Source: Candidatus Lindowbacteria bacterium RIFCSPLOWO2_12_FULL_62_27
GTDB taxonomy: Bacteria > Lindowbacteria > 2-12-FULL-62-27
Length of the DNA: 64,000 nt
Direction of reading: 5' to 3'
NCBI GenBank assembly: GCA_001784175.1
Contig: MFPR01000011.1
Span: forward strand, 1 to 64,000
How positions within the stretch are numbered: the stretch's first letter is position 1; the number at the start of each line of letters is the position of its first letter. The notes below the pieces were generated by a model. The model was not told where the DNA came from and ran no database searches. It saw only the letters and a program-made list of their open reading frames with translations. Both the position numbers and the translations under genes were made by a program. Shown here one piece after another: positions 17,141-26,931 of the stretch.

Positions 17141-17393
17141 AGTCAAAAAGCTTCCGGACGAGTTCGGCGGTGACGAGGCGGCAGGGAAGTTCTGGGACAC
17201 TCACTCATCCGCCGATTACGAGGATGAAATGACGGAAGTCGAGATGGAAGTCGACATCCGCAGGCGGACGTTTCTTGTCCCGGTCTCGGATCGGATATAT
17301 CGGATAGCCAAAAAGCGGGCCGCGGCCAAACGGTGTTCCGTTCAAGCGATTATCAATACTCTCCTGCGCCGGGATCTGGTTCAAGCAAGGTAA
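17133..17393 (+). CDS. BrnA/CopG-like antitoxin
   Basis: KKLPDEF...EAAGKFWDTHSSADY plus an RHH-like C-terminus. Confidence 0.85.
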   Translation: MNKVKKLPDEFGGDEAAGKFWDTHSSADYEDEMTEVEMEVDIRRRTFLVPVSDRIYRIAKKRAAAKRCSVQAIINTLLRRDLVQAR

Positions 17394-18799
17394 CCTTTCG
17401 CCTCTCCGAGATAAAATACTGCGCCGAACAGGGCGACCGTAACGGCGACGCAGAGGTACGGCAGGACCCACCCGAACCGGTGATAGATCGTCCGGTCCTT
17501 GCGGGCGGCAATCGTTGCGGTCAGGACGCCCTCCTTATTCAGCGCCAGAGACGCCACACGCCGCCCGGCCGGATCGATCGCTTCCGACGGCCCTGATGAG
17601 GACGCGCGGACGATCCAGCGGCGCGATTCGACCGCGCGGAACGACAGGAGCGCCGCGTGCTGCAGGCGTTCGACGTTTCCCCATTCCGCCGGATCGTAGG
17701 ACGGAACGAGGAAAAATTCGGCGCCGAGACCGGTCAGGCGTCGGGACAGGTCGGTGAAGTTTTCGTCGAAACATATCTGAACGCCCGCGACCCCGTGCGT
17801 CGTCGGAAACACTTCGCGGGCCGGCCGGCGCGCGAATCCTCCTCCGAAAAATGTTTTCTCCATCAGCGGCACGAGATGAACTTTGGTGTGCCGTCCGAGA
17901 TATTTTCCTTCCGGGTCGAAGACGAGCGCGCAATCTTCGGGGTTCTGCCGCGCCATCGGCGAGGACCCCACGATCGCGCCGGCGATCAGATGCGTATTCC
18001 AGCGGCGGGCGAGTCCGGCGAGGGGGTCCAGCGCGGCTGTGTCCAGCGCCGGAATGGACATGGCGCCTTCCGGCCAGATCAGAAAGTCGCGCCGTTCGGC
18101 TGCGGCTTGCTCGGAGAGTTGGTATAGCCGGCCGGACGCGTAGTCCTCGTGTTGGACCGCCGCCACGCGGATGTCGCCGGGTGCGACCTCGGGCGTCAGC
18201 GTCCGGCCGCCCGCGTAGAGGGCGATGGCCATGATCAGCGCGGCCAGACCTGCCGCCCAGGACCCGCCAAGCGCGGCCGCGAGCAGGCCGTTGACAAGGA
18301 CCACGATGAAACTCAGCCCGTACACTCCGATGATGCTTGCCCACTGGAGCACGGCCGGCGTGGAGTGAAAGGCCGACCCGGGCGTGAGCCACGTGAATTC
18401 GAACCACCAGAGTTCCGACCGGAAAAACTCGAGCCCGACCCAGACCGCCGCGGCAGCCACCGCGCGCGGGAGACGCGGCCACGACGCTGTCGAGAAATAC
18501 CAGAGCGCGAACAGCGCGGGCCACAGCGCCAGAAGGACCCACAGGGACACCGCCGCGGGGCCGAACAATCGCGTGAGCCAGAAAAGGCTCAACACGCAGA
18601 GGACGAGTCCCGCCGTCAGGCCCAAATAAAACGCCGTGCGCGCGGAGCCCGCGCGCTGAGCTGCCCACAGGAGGGGCAGGAGCGCAATCCAGATGAGAAT
18701 AGATATGGATCGCGGTGGGAGCGCCAGATGAAGGAGAACCCCTGTACAGACTGCGGCCGCGAATCCTGTCAACGCCGACATCTGAGAGGAGCGAATCAT
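17381..18799 (-). CDS. lnt: Apolipoprotein N-acyltransferase (Lnt family), copy 1
   Basis: Multi-TM N-terminus, WVGLEFFRS, nitrilase triad WPE / KVHLVP / ICFD. Confidence 0.85.
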   Translation of the reverse strand: MIRSSQMSALTGFAAAVCTGVLLHLALPPRSISILIWIALLPLLWAAQRAGSARTAFYLGLTAGLVLCVLSLFWLTRLFGPAAVSLWVLLALWPALFALWYFSTASWPRLPRAVAAAAVWVGLEFFRSELWWFEFTWLTPGSAFHSTPAVLQWASIIGVYGLSFIVVLVNGLLAAALGGSWAAGLAALIMAIALYAGGRTLTPEVAPGDIRVAAVQHEDYASGRLYQLSEQAAAERRDFLIWPEGAMSIPALDTAALDPLAGLARRWNTHLIAGAIVGSSPMARQNPEDCALVFDPEGKYLGRHTKVHLVPLMEKTFFGGGFARRPAREVFPTTHGVAGVQICFDENFTDLSRRLTGLGAEFFLVPSYDPAEWGNVERLQHAALLSFRAVESRRWIVRASSSGPSEAIDPAGRRVASLALNKEGVLTATIAARKDRTIYHRFGWVLPYLCVAVTVALFGAVFYLGEAKGYLA

Positions 18800-18872
18800 G
18801 GGCGCGGGGAATGGTCAACGAAGCGAATCCGGCGGATGCTGATTGCGAGTTTTCTTGATATGGTAGCCGCCC

Positions 18873-20738
18873 ATGTGCGGGATAGCAGGATTTTTTGATT
18901 CCGCCCGGCGGGTGAGCCGGCCGGATGAGACGTTGCTTCGGATGACCCAGACGCTCAAGCGTCGGGGGCCGAACGATATGGGGGTGCTTCACAGCGGGCC
19001 GTGGCATCTGGGGCACCGGCGGCTGTCGATCCTGGATTTGTCGGCCGCCGGGCGGCAGCCGATGGTGAGCGACGACGGGAAGCTTGCGGTGGTGTTCAAC
19101 GGAGAGATTTACAATTTCCAGGAACTGCGGCAGTGGCTCGAAAGCCGCGGGTACCGGTTCCGGACGCGCACCGACACCGAAGTGCTTCTCCATATATATA
19201 AGGAGGAGGGCGAGGCGGCGCTGGCGAGGCTCAACGGGATGTTCGGGTTTGCGCTGCTGGACCTGGAACGGCAGCGGTTGCTCCTGGCCCGCGACCGCGC
19301 CGGCAAGAAGCCCCTGTATTATACGGTCCAGAACGGTGTCTTCGCGTTCGCCTCCGAACTCAAGGCGCTGACGGCGATGGCTGAATTGGATCGGACGGTC
19401 GATCCAGAAAGCGTGCGGCTGTTTTTCGGTTTGGACTACATTCCGTCGCCGAAAACCATCTACCGGGAATTCAGGAAACTGCGGTCGGGGCACTATCTGA
19501 TCTTCGACGGTCGAACTGTGACCGAAGAGCCGTACTGGCGCCTGCGGTACGTCCCCAAGGCCAAGGGCCACCCGCGAGAAATGGCCGTGGAGATGGCCGA
19601 CCGGATCCGCTCGGCGGTCAAGGCGAGGCTGGTGGCCGACGTGCCTGTGGGGGTGCTGCTCTCGGGCGGGATCGACTCGTCGTGCGTCGCGTATTTTGCG
19701 CAGGAACACGCCACACAGCGCGTTCGGACATTCTCGATCCACTTCGACGATCCGTCCTACGACGAATCGGGATACGCGCGTCTCGTGGCGGAGCGGTTGG
19801 GAACCGAGCATACGGAATTTTCTTTCACGGCCAGGGACGCACTCGACCGCATGGAAACAGTCTTCGCCTATCTCGACGAGCCCTTCGCCGATCCTTCCAT
19901 TCTTCCGACGGCGCTTTTGTGCGAGAACACCGTCAAGCACGTCACCGTCGCGCTGGGCGGCGACGGCGGCGACGAATTGTTTTACGGCTATCCAACGTAT
20001 CAGGCCGAGGCGGCGGCGAGGGCGCTGGCGCCCGTGCGGTGGGCCGCGCCGGCGTTTCATTATCTGGCACGGCGTCTGCCGGCCTCCGACCGATACATGA
20101 GCTGGCCGTTCAAGCTCGAACGATTCTGCCGGGGTCTTGCGGCCGATCCGGTACGCCGCCATTTTCTGTGGCGCGGTCCATGCGCTCCGGAAACGCTCGA
20201 CCGCCTGATGGGTCGGCCGGCGGCGAACGACCTGTACGGGCCGCTGGCGCGCGAGGTCGGAGAGAACCAACCGTACGACAGCGCGTTCGAGCCGGTGCTT
20301 TACAACGATTTCCGTTTTTATCTGCAGGATGGCGTGCTCGTGAAGGTGGACCGCGCGAGCATGATGCACTCGCTGGAGGTGCGTGCGCCGCTTCTGGACC
20401 AGCGCGTGATCGAATATGCGGCGAGCCTGCCGCGGGAGTTGAACTTTCGCGGATTCAAGACGAAATCTTTTTTCAAGGACATCCTTCGGGGCAAGTTGCC
20501 GGACGAGGTGATCGACCGGCCGAAGCAGGGGTTTGCGGTGCCGGTTTCGGGGTGGCTGAAGAAGGACCTGAGGGACCTGTTTCTGGATCTTTGGACGGGC
20601 CCGGCCGCCGCCGAGGCATGGATCCATCCGAAGGTTGCGACAGAATTATTCGAAGAGCACGCCTCAGGCCGGCGCGATCGCCGCAAGGAACTGTGGGCGC
20701 TCCTGTCCTATCAGATGTGGCGCCGGTCGGCCGGATGA
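18873..20738 (+). CDS. asnB: Asparagine synthase (glutamine-hydrolysing) family amidotransferase
   Basis: MCGIAG, LGHRRLSILDL, NGEIYN, LSGGIDSS, GDGGDELF, KVDRASM. Confidence 0.93.
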   Translation: MCGIAGFFDSARRVSRPDETLLRMTQTLKRRGPNDMGVLHSGPWHLGHRRLSILDLSAAGRQPMVSDDGKLAVVFNGEIYNFQELRQWLESRGYRFRTRTDTEVLLHIYKEEGEAALARLNGMFGFALLDLERQRLLLARDRAGKKPLYYTVQNGVFAFASELKALTAMAELDRTVDPESVRLFFGLDYIPSPKTIYREFRKLRSGHYLIFDGRTVTEEPYWRLRYVPKAKGHPREMAVEMADRIRSAVKARLVADVPVGVLLSGGIDSSCVAYFAQEHATQRVRTFSIHFDDPSYDESGYARLVAERLGTEHTEFSFTARDALDRMETVFAYLDEPFADPSILPTALLCENTVKHVTVALGGDGGDELFYGYPTYQAEAAARALAPVRWAAPAFHYLARRLPASDRYMSWPFKLERFCRGLAADPVRRHFLWRGPCAPETLDRLMGRPAANDLYGPLAREVGENQPYDSAFEPVLYNDFRFYLQDGVLVKVDRASMMHSLEVRAPLLDQRVIEYAASLPRELNFRGFKTKSFFKDILRGKLPDEVIDRPKQGFAVPVSGWLKKDLRDLFLDLWTGPAAAEAWIHPKVATELFEEHASGRRDRRKELWALLSYQMWRRSAG

Positions 20739-21652
20739 AAAAAACGATCGCGCTGATCGCGCTTTTTGCCGCGCTCTGCCTGGCGCTCTGGGGCCTGAGT
20801 GACTCCGCCGTGCGCGCGGGCAGGGACCTGTTGCCCGAGTCGTGGACGGCGGGCGGTCCGGGCGAAAAAACGGTGTCTCTGAATCTGTACGGCGTCGACC
20901 GGTTTCTTCGTCAGAGTCTGTTCGGTCCGGTTTCGCGGCGGTGGATGTTTCTCGGTCTGGCCGCCTTTTTTGCCGTGACCGGCCTCGTCGCGATCCGTGC
21001 GCTCACGGGAGAATCGCGGCTGGAGACGGAGCCGCGGTGGCGCTGGGCGGATCTCTTCTGGGTATTCGGGGCCGTGATGGTCTTCTGGGAATGCGGCGCG
21101 GGCCCGGCGGAGGACTCGACCGGCCGGCTGTTTCTGAAGGATGCCGCCATCGGCGTGTGGATATGCGCGCTGGCGGCCGCGCGGGGCATTGGCGCGCGCG
21201 CCATGGGTCTGTCGGCGCGCGATCTTATGTCCGCCGTCGCGCGTGGCGTCGCCGCGTCCCTCCTGCTGATCCCGACGCTTGCATTTCTGTCCCTGATCGC
21301 GCTTGCGTCGGCGGGTCCCCCCGGCGTCGTTTCCGATGTCCGCCTGCCGGTGCCGTCCAGCGTGGCGGCGGCGTGGCTGGCAGCTTTGGTCCTGCCATTT
21401 TTTGAAGAGATGTTGTTCCGCGGCTTTTTATACCGGCACCTCCGCGCCCGTTGGCCGGAGGTCCTTGCGAACGTCGGAACGTCGCTGATCTTCGCGGCGA
21501 TTCACGGCGTGGCCGGATCCGTGGGTCTCGCGCGGTTCGTCGGCAGCCTTCTCATGTGCCGGCTCTATGAGCACAGCGGGTCGCTCTGGTCTCCCCTGGC
21601 CGCGCATGCCACCTTCAACGCGATCCTCCTCGTCGGCCCCAAGCTTCTGTAG
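20735..21652 (+). CDS. CPBP (CAAX/Abi) family intramembrane glutamic protease
   Basis: PFFEEMLFRG, FAAIH and AHATFN motifs; ATGA overlap with asnB. Confidence 0.9.
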   Translation: MKKTIALIALFAALCLALWGLSDSAVRAGRDLLPESWTAGGPGEKTVSLNLYGVDRFLRQSLFGPVSRRWMFLGLAAFFAVTGLVAIRALTGESRLETEPRWRWADLFWVFGAVMVFWECGAGPAEDSTGRLFLKDAAIGVWICALAAARGIGARAMGLSARDLMSAVARGVAASLLLIPTLAFLSLIALASAGPPGVVSDVRLPVPSSVAAAWLAALVLPFFEEMLFRGFLYRHLRARWPEVLANVGTSLIFAAIHGVAGSVGLARFVGSLLMCRLYEHSGSLWSPLAAHATFNAILLVGPKLL

Positions 21653-21662
21653 GCCGGCGACC

Positions 21663-22304
21663 TCAGGCGCGGCCGAGCGCGTAGAAAATGAGTTTGATGG
21701 ATTCCTTGAAGACCTGCTGATATGCGTCGGAAGATTCGTTATCGCGCCGCAGGAGGTCGTCGAACGTGGAGGACGCGATGTACAGGACGCGCTGTTCGGC
21801 TGCGGCGTTGGTGCGCGCCATGGAGAGCCGGATCCGCCGCAGGTGATATCCGTCCGAAACCGCGAGCGCCGTGGCCGCCGGCCGCGCCGCCAGAAAATCT
21901 GAAAACAACCGCGCGTCCTGCCACGTGCTGCGGGACTGGCCCAGAAACACAACCTGGGTTTCGCTCACGCCGTGCGACCGCAACAGCTTCAGCACGAGCG
22001 AGCCTTCCGTCAGGTCCTCACCGGCGATGTCCCGCATCTCCCGCCGCCACCGAGGCGGCTCGGTGACCGTCAGCACCAGCGTGTCGCCGAGGCGCCGATC
22101 CATCAGGCCGACGGCGAAGGGCAGCCGATAGAAGAGGCTGCCGGAGGGCACGAGCAGGTAATCGACGCGGCGGGGTTCCTGGGAAACGTCGAGAAACGAA
22201 AAGATCGTCCGGCTGACCGCCTTCGGCATCACGAGGGGCGTCACGAGGATGGCGGTCCAGACAAGGCACGCGGCCAGAAAGCCGTACACGAAACCCTTCC
22301 TCAT
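21663..22304 (-). CDS. YdcF/DUF218 (ElyC/SanA-like) envelope protein
   Basis: N-terminal TM helix, SRSTWQDA, VSDGYHLRR and C-terminal KESIKL. Confidence 0.75.
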   Translation of the reverse strand: MRKGFVYGFLAACLVWTAILVTPLVMPKAVSRTIFSFLDVSQEPRRVDYLLVPSGSLFYRLPFAVGLMDRRLGDTLVLTVTEPPRWRREMRDIAGEDLTEGSLVLKLLRSHGVSETQVVFLGQSRSTWQDARLFSDFLAARPAATALAVSDGYHLRRIRLSMARTNAAAEQRVLYIASSTFDDLLRRDNESSDAYQQVFKESIKLIFYALGRA

Positions 22305-23686
22305 GCCGGCCGGTCCTCCGCCGGCGTTCCGTAACCGTATTTTTCCATCTTCTTGTACAGGGTGGTGCGATTGATCCCGAGGACGCCGGACGCGCGGCTG
22401 ATGTTCCATTTTTCCGCGTTCAGCACGCTCAGGATGTGGCGCTTTTCCACCTCATCCAGCGACAGGCTCGACTCGTATCCGGCCGCCATCGCCGGCCGGG
22501 GCGCCGGCCGCTGGAGGGGCGCGGGCAGGTGCAACAGTCCGATCTCGCCGGCGTGCTGGGAGAGCGCGATGGCGTATTTGAGCGCGTTTTCGAGTTCGCG
22601 AATGTTGCCCGGCCAGTCGTACTCGAGACAGCGCTGGAGCGCCTCGTCGGAAAACGGTTTCTGCGAAACGTTCAATTCCTTGAACGCCTTCTGCGCCAGG
22701 TGCGAGATCAAGAGGGGGATGTCCTCAGGGCGCTCCCGGAGCGGCGGCATGCGAAGGGGGACGACGCTGAGCCGGAAGAAGAGGTCTTCCCGGAATTTTC
22801 CCTCCTTGACCATCAGCGCGAGGTCGACGTTGGTCGCGGCGATGACGCGGACATCCACCCGCGTTTCCTTGTCGTCGCCGAGCCGGCTGAAAGTGCGCTC
22901 CTGCAGGAAGCGGAGCAGTTTGGCCTGGAGGGTCGGGTCCATGTTTCCGATCTCGTCCAGAAAGACCGTGCCGCGGTCGGCGCTTTCAAAGCGGCCCTTG
23001 TGGCTCCGGACCGCGCCCGTGAACGCGCCGCGCTCGAAGCCGAACAGCTCGCTCTCCAGGAGCGTGCCCGGGATGCTGCCGCAGTCGACCACGACGAAGG
23101 GATTGTCGCGGCGGCCCGACCGGAAGTGGACGGCGCGCGCCACGAGTTCCTTGCCGGTGCCGCTTTCGCCGGTGATGAGGACCGTGACGTCGGTCGAGGC
23201 GACTTCCTGGATGATATGGAAGATTTTCTGCATGACCGCCGTCTTGCCGACGAGATGTTCGAAGCTGTATTTTTCCGCGAGTTCCTCCCGGAGCCGCCGG
23301 TTGGCCGACCGGAGTTCCTTACGTTCAAGGGCCTTGGCCACGACAAGTTCGACGGCCTCCGGGCCGCCGGGGATGGGTTTGGTCAGGTAATCGAACGCGC
23401 CGTCCTTCATCGCCTCGAGGGCCGATTCAACAGTCGCGAAGGCCGTGAGGAGGATGACTTCGGTTTCGTGGCTGCGGCGTTTGACTTCGCGCACAAGCTC
23501 GTTGCCGTTGAGGCCTGGCATCCGGATGTCTGAAATCACCACATCGATCTCGCGCTCGGACAAAATCGACAACGCCGCCGCCGCGTCCGGCGCCTGGTAG
23601 ACGAGGTGGGACGCGCGCTCCAACGCTTTGGCGACCGAATCCCGCATGGACCGGTCGTCGTCGACCACGAGGATGACGGGTCTCAT
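22301..23686 (-). CDS. Sigma-54-dependent response regulator (NtrC/AtoC family)
   Basis: REC domain (VVDDD, DIRMP), GESGTGKE, GAFTGA and a Fis-type HTH. Confidence 0.95.
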   Translation of the reverse strand: MRPVILVVDDDRSMRDSVAKALERASHLVYQAPDAAAALSILSEREIDVVISDIRMPGLNGNELVREVKRRSHETEVILLTAFATVESALEAMKDGAFDYLTKPIPGGPEAVELVVAKALERKELRSANRRLREELAEKYSFEHLVGKTAVMQKIFHIIQEVASTDVTVLITGESGTGKELVARAVHFRSGRRDNPFVVVDCGSIPGTLLESELFGFERGAFTGAVRSHKGRFESADRGTVFLDEIGNMDPTLQAKLLRFLQERTFSRLGDDKETRVDVRVIAATNVDLALMVKEGKFREDLFFRLSVVPLRMPPLRERPEDIPLLISHLAQKAFKELNVSQKPFSDEALQRCLEYDWPGNIRELENALKYAIALSQHAGEIGLLHLPAPLQRPAPRPAMAAGYESSLSLDEVEKRHILSVLNAEKWNISRASGVLGINRTTLYKKMEKYGYGTPAEDRPA

Positions 23687-25254
23687 CGTTTGGACCTCAT
23701 GCCGGCGGGCGTTTCGGTTTCGGCCTCCACGGCGCGCGGCAGATAGACGCGGAAGGTACTGCCCTTTTTCCACTCGCTCTCAAACGTGATCTCTCCGCCG
23801 TGGACCTTCACGATTTTCCTGGAAATGGCGAGCCCCAGTCCCGTGCCCTTTTCGCGGGTGGTATAGAAATCCTCGAAGACCCGGCCCTTCTGTTCCTCGG
23901 TCATGCCGACGCCCGTGTCGGTAATCTCGGTCACCACCCACGGCCGGTGTTCTTCGGTCGCTGATTCCTTGTACAGGCCCCGGACCGTCAGGGTCCCGCC
24001 CGTTTCCTGCATCGACTGCGCGCCGTTCAGGAGCAGATTGAGGAACACCTGGCGGAGCTGGTCGAAGTTTCCGGTGACGACGAGGTCGCGCGGCATGACG
24101 CACTTGAATTTCACGCCGATGCGCTGGATTTCGGGTTTCACAAAGTCGCCCGCCGCCTCCAGCACGTCGGCCATCACGATCCGGTCGTTCATCTCGCCGC
24201 GCGCGACCCGGGCGTATCCGAGGAGGTTGCCGACGATCGTGTCGAGCGTTTTGATGCCGTCGAGAATTTTCCCGATGATCTCGATGGCGTCCCCGTTGGA
24301 CGGGGGCGCCGCCTGAAGGTCGCGCTGAAGGATCCGGGCGTACATGTCGAGCCCGCCGAGCGGATTTTTGATTTCGTGCGTGAGACTCGCGGCCATCTCG
24401 CCGAGGGCGGCCAGGGTTTCCGACAAACGCAGTTTTTCCTCCAGTTCCCGCTCGCGTCCGAGCGCCTCGCTGACCTTCAGGCCCAGCGTTTTCGACAGCG
24501 CTTTCTCGCGGTTCAGCAGCCGGACGCGCTGAAGAACCACCGAGACCTGATCGAGGTACGTTCCAAGAAGTCTCATCTCCTCGGGCTCGATCCGCTGGCG
24601 CCGGCGGGCGTGCCGGACGCGGTCGATATACAGCGCGCCGGCGGTCTTGCCCTCCTGCCGCAGCGGGATCAGCGCAAACCGTTCGGGGCGCATCGCCTGG
24701 TCGCCGGCCAGCAAAAGTTCGCGGTCAAAGGCCGCCTCCCCCACGTTGTCGAAGACTTTCGGCAGGCCGGCCTCCACGGCCTGCGGGATGGGCGAGTCGC
24801 GCTTGAGGTCGATCACGGACGCGGCGACCTCCTCCATGGGAAATCCAACACAGGACCGGAGCCCCAGCCGGCCCGGCGGGAGTGCGTCGTCCGTCAGGAA
24901 AATCGCGGCGCGGTCGAATTCGAAAACTTCGAGAATGCTGCTCATCGCGCGTTTCAGCAGCGCCTCCTCTGTCTCCTCCTCCTGGACTTCCCGCGTGATC
25001 CGGTAGACCTCCTCCAACCAGCGCCGCATCCGCGCGTTGCGCTCCACAAAATACTCGATCAGCGTGAACGCGACGTAGTGGATCAGAACGACCAGCAGGG
25101 CGTAGCCGGAGACCTGCCCCAGGTTTTCCTTGAGAAACCACTCGAACGACAGATAGGGCGAGATGAACCAGCCCCAGATGACGACGAGGACGGTCAGCGC
25201 GAGCGTGCTGACCCATTTGATGATGGGAAGCGCGGCCTGGAGCCTCGAGGTCAT
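23683..25254 (-). CDS. Membrane sensor histidine kinase with a GAF domain
   Basis: 2 TM helices, GAF-like region, [20 protein letters not shown] and GTGLGL. Confidence 0.92.
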   Translation of the reverse strand: MTSRLQAALPIIKWVSTLALTVLVVIWGWFISPYLSFEWFLKENLGQVSGYALLVVLIHYVAFTLIEYFVERNARMRRWLEEVYRITREVQEEETEEALLKRAMSSILEVFEFDRAAIFLTDDALPPGRLGLRSCVGFPMEEVAASVIDLKRDSPIPQAVEAGLPKVFDNVGEAAFDRELLLAGDQAMRPERFALIPLRQEGKTAGALYIDRVRHARRRQRIEPEEMRLLGTYLDQVSVVLQRVRLLNREKALSKTLGLKVSEALGRERELEEKLRLSETLAALGEMAASLTHEIKNPLGGLDMYARILQRDLQAAPPSNGDAIEIIGKILDGIKTLDTIVGNLLGYARVARGEMNDRIVMADVLEAAGDFVKPEIQRIGVKFKCVMPRDLVVTGNFDQLRQVFLNLLLNGAQSMQETGGTLTVRGLYKESATEEHRPWVVTEITDTGVGMTEEQKGRVFEDFYTTREKGTGLGLAISRKIVKVHGGEITFESEWKKGSTFRVYLPRAVEAETETPAGMRSKR

Positions 25255-26522
25255 GCGGAGGTCAGGCGGTCGAGGCCGCCCATGTATCCACGCAGCGCGT
25301 CCGGCACCATCACCGATCCGTCGGCCTGCTGGAAGTTCTCGAGAATCGCGACCAGCGTCCGGCCGACCGCGAGGCCCGATCCGTTCAGCGTGTGCACCAG
25401 CGCCGGCGAGCCGCCTTTCGGGCGGTACCGGATCATGGCGCGACGCGCCTGAAAGTCGGTGAAGGTCGAGCAGGACGAAATTTCGCGGTAGGCGTTCTGC
25501 CCGGGCAGCCACACTTCGAGATCGTATGTTTTGGCGGAAGCAAATCCGGTGTCGCCGCTCGACAGCACCACCACGCGGTAATGAAGGCCCAGCCGCCGCA
25601 GCACCTCCTCGGCGTCGGCCCGAAGGCCCTCCAGTTCCGCCTCGCTCTCCTCCGGCCGGCAGAACTTGACGAGTTCCACCTTGTCGAATTGATGCTGCCG
25701 GATCATTCCGCGCGTGTCCTTGCCCGCGGCGCCGGCCTCGGCGCGGAAGCAGGGCGTGTAGGCCGCGTAGCGGATCGGCAGGGCCTCCTCGGAAAGAATC
25801 TCGCCGGCGTGGAGATTGGTCACCGGCACCTCGGCGGTCGGCGCGAGCCAAAGGTCGACGTCTTCGCATTTGAAGAGATCGGCGCGGAATTTGGGCAACT
25901 GGCCCGTGCCGGTGAGAGACGCGGCGTTGATCAGAAACGGCGGCCACACTTCCGTGTAGCCCCGGCCGGCGTGCAGGTCCATCATGAACGATATCAGCGC
26001 ACGCTCCATCCGGGCGCCGGCGCCGAGGAGCGCCGTGAACCGCGACCGCGCGATTTTTGCCGCGCGCTCGAAATCGAGAATCCCCAGCCGCTCGCCGATG
26101 TCCCAGTGCGGTTTGGGCGGAAACGCGAACGCCGGTTTTTCCCCCCACGTCGCAACGACCGGGTTGTCGTCCCCGGTCGCGCCGTCGGGAACATCGGGCA
26201 GGAGAACATTGGGATACAGGAGTGCTTCGGATTCGAATTCGGCGTCCGCCTTGCGCTGTTCCTCCTCCAGCGCGCCGATCTGCGCCGAAAGGTCCCGAAG
26301 CTCGGCGCGGAGGGTATCGGTGTTGACCTTCATCCGCATCGCGCGCGCGAGTTCCTCGGACCGCCGTTTCTGGTGGCTGCGCAGGTCGTCCCCGCGCTTC
26401 TGGAGGTCGCGCCGCGTCTCGTCCTTGCAGATGAGCGCCTGGACGTCCATGTCCATGCGCCGCCGCCGGAGGCTGTCGCGCACCGCGTCGGGGTTTTTCC
26501 TCAACAGTTTCGGATCGATCAT
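25251..26522 (-). CDS. serS: Serine--tRNA ligase
   Basis: [40 protein letters not shown]. Confidence 0.97.
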   Translation of the reverse strand: MIDPKLLRKNPDAVRDSLRRRRMDMDVQALICKDETRRDLQKRGDDLRSHQKRRSEELARAMRMKVNTDTLRAELRDLSAQIGALEEEQRKADAEFESEALLYPNVLLPDVPDGATGDDNPVVATWGEKPAFAFPPKPHWDIGERLGILDFERAAKIARSRFTALLGAGARMERALISFMMDLHAGRGYTEVWPPFLINAASLTGTGQLPKFRADLFKCEDVDLWLAPTAEVPVTNLHAGEILSEEALPIRYAAYTPCFRAEAGAAGKDTRGMIRQHQFDKVELVKFCRPEESEAELEGLRADAEEVLRRLGLHYRVVVLSSGDTGFASAKTYDLEVWLPGQNAYREISSCSTFTDFQARRAMIRYRPKGGSPALVHTLNGSGLAVGRTLVAILENFQQADGSVMVPDALRGYMGGLDRLTSA

Positions 26523-26604
26523 CGCCGCGTCCAAATAACCATCTGGCCGGTGAAGGTTCAACGGGCTTTGAATCTTTGAAGTCCTGGGATAGAATCGCCG
26601 TCCT

Positions 26605-26928
26605 GTGAATCCAAAATATCTCAAGATGATCCGGGGGATGAAGAAGGGGCGGAAGCGCGAGTGGGCCGTGTACATTTTGCGGTGCGGGGATGGGTCGCTG
26701 TACACGGGGATCGCCAAGGACGTGGCGGCGCGGGTCGAGCGGCACCGGCGGGGCAAAGGCGCCGCGTACACGCGAACGCACCTCCCCGTCAGGCTTGTCT
26801 ATCAGGAACCCCGTCGCACCCGTTCCTCGGCGCTCATCCGGGAGGCGCAGATCAAGCGAATGTCGCGTTCGTCCAAGAAAAAAATGATATGCGGCAGATA
26901 TGCCGGGATTGACAAAATCCAAAATTGA
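26605..26928 (+). CDS. GIY-YIG nuclease (YhbQ/UPF0213-like)
   Basis: [15 protein letters not shown]...H..GKGAAYTR...ALIREAQIK; the start may be 26638. Confidence 0.9.
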   Translation: MNPKYLKMIRGMKKGRKREWAVYILRCGDGSLYTGIAKDVAARVERHRRGKGAAYTRTHLPVRLVYQEPRRTRSSALIREAQIKRMSRSSKKKMICGRYAGIDKIQN

Positions 26929-26931
26929 CCG

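Noticed and set aside
17535-20627. Long antisense or alternative-frame ORFs (also 1588-3447, 37576-40128, 57211-59004 and the 5' extension of 23683-27522)
   Set aside because: These are shadow ORFs of high-GC coding regions. They overlap well-supported genes and have no recognisable motifs.
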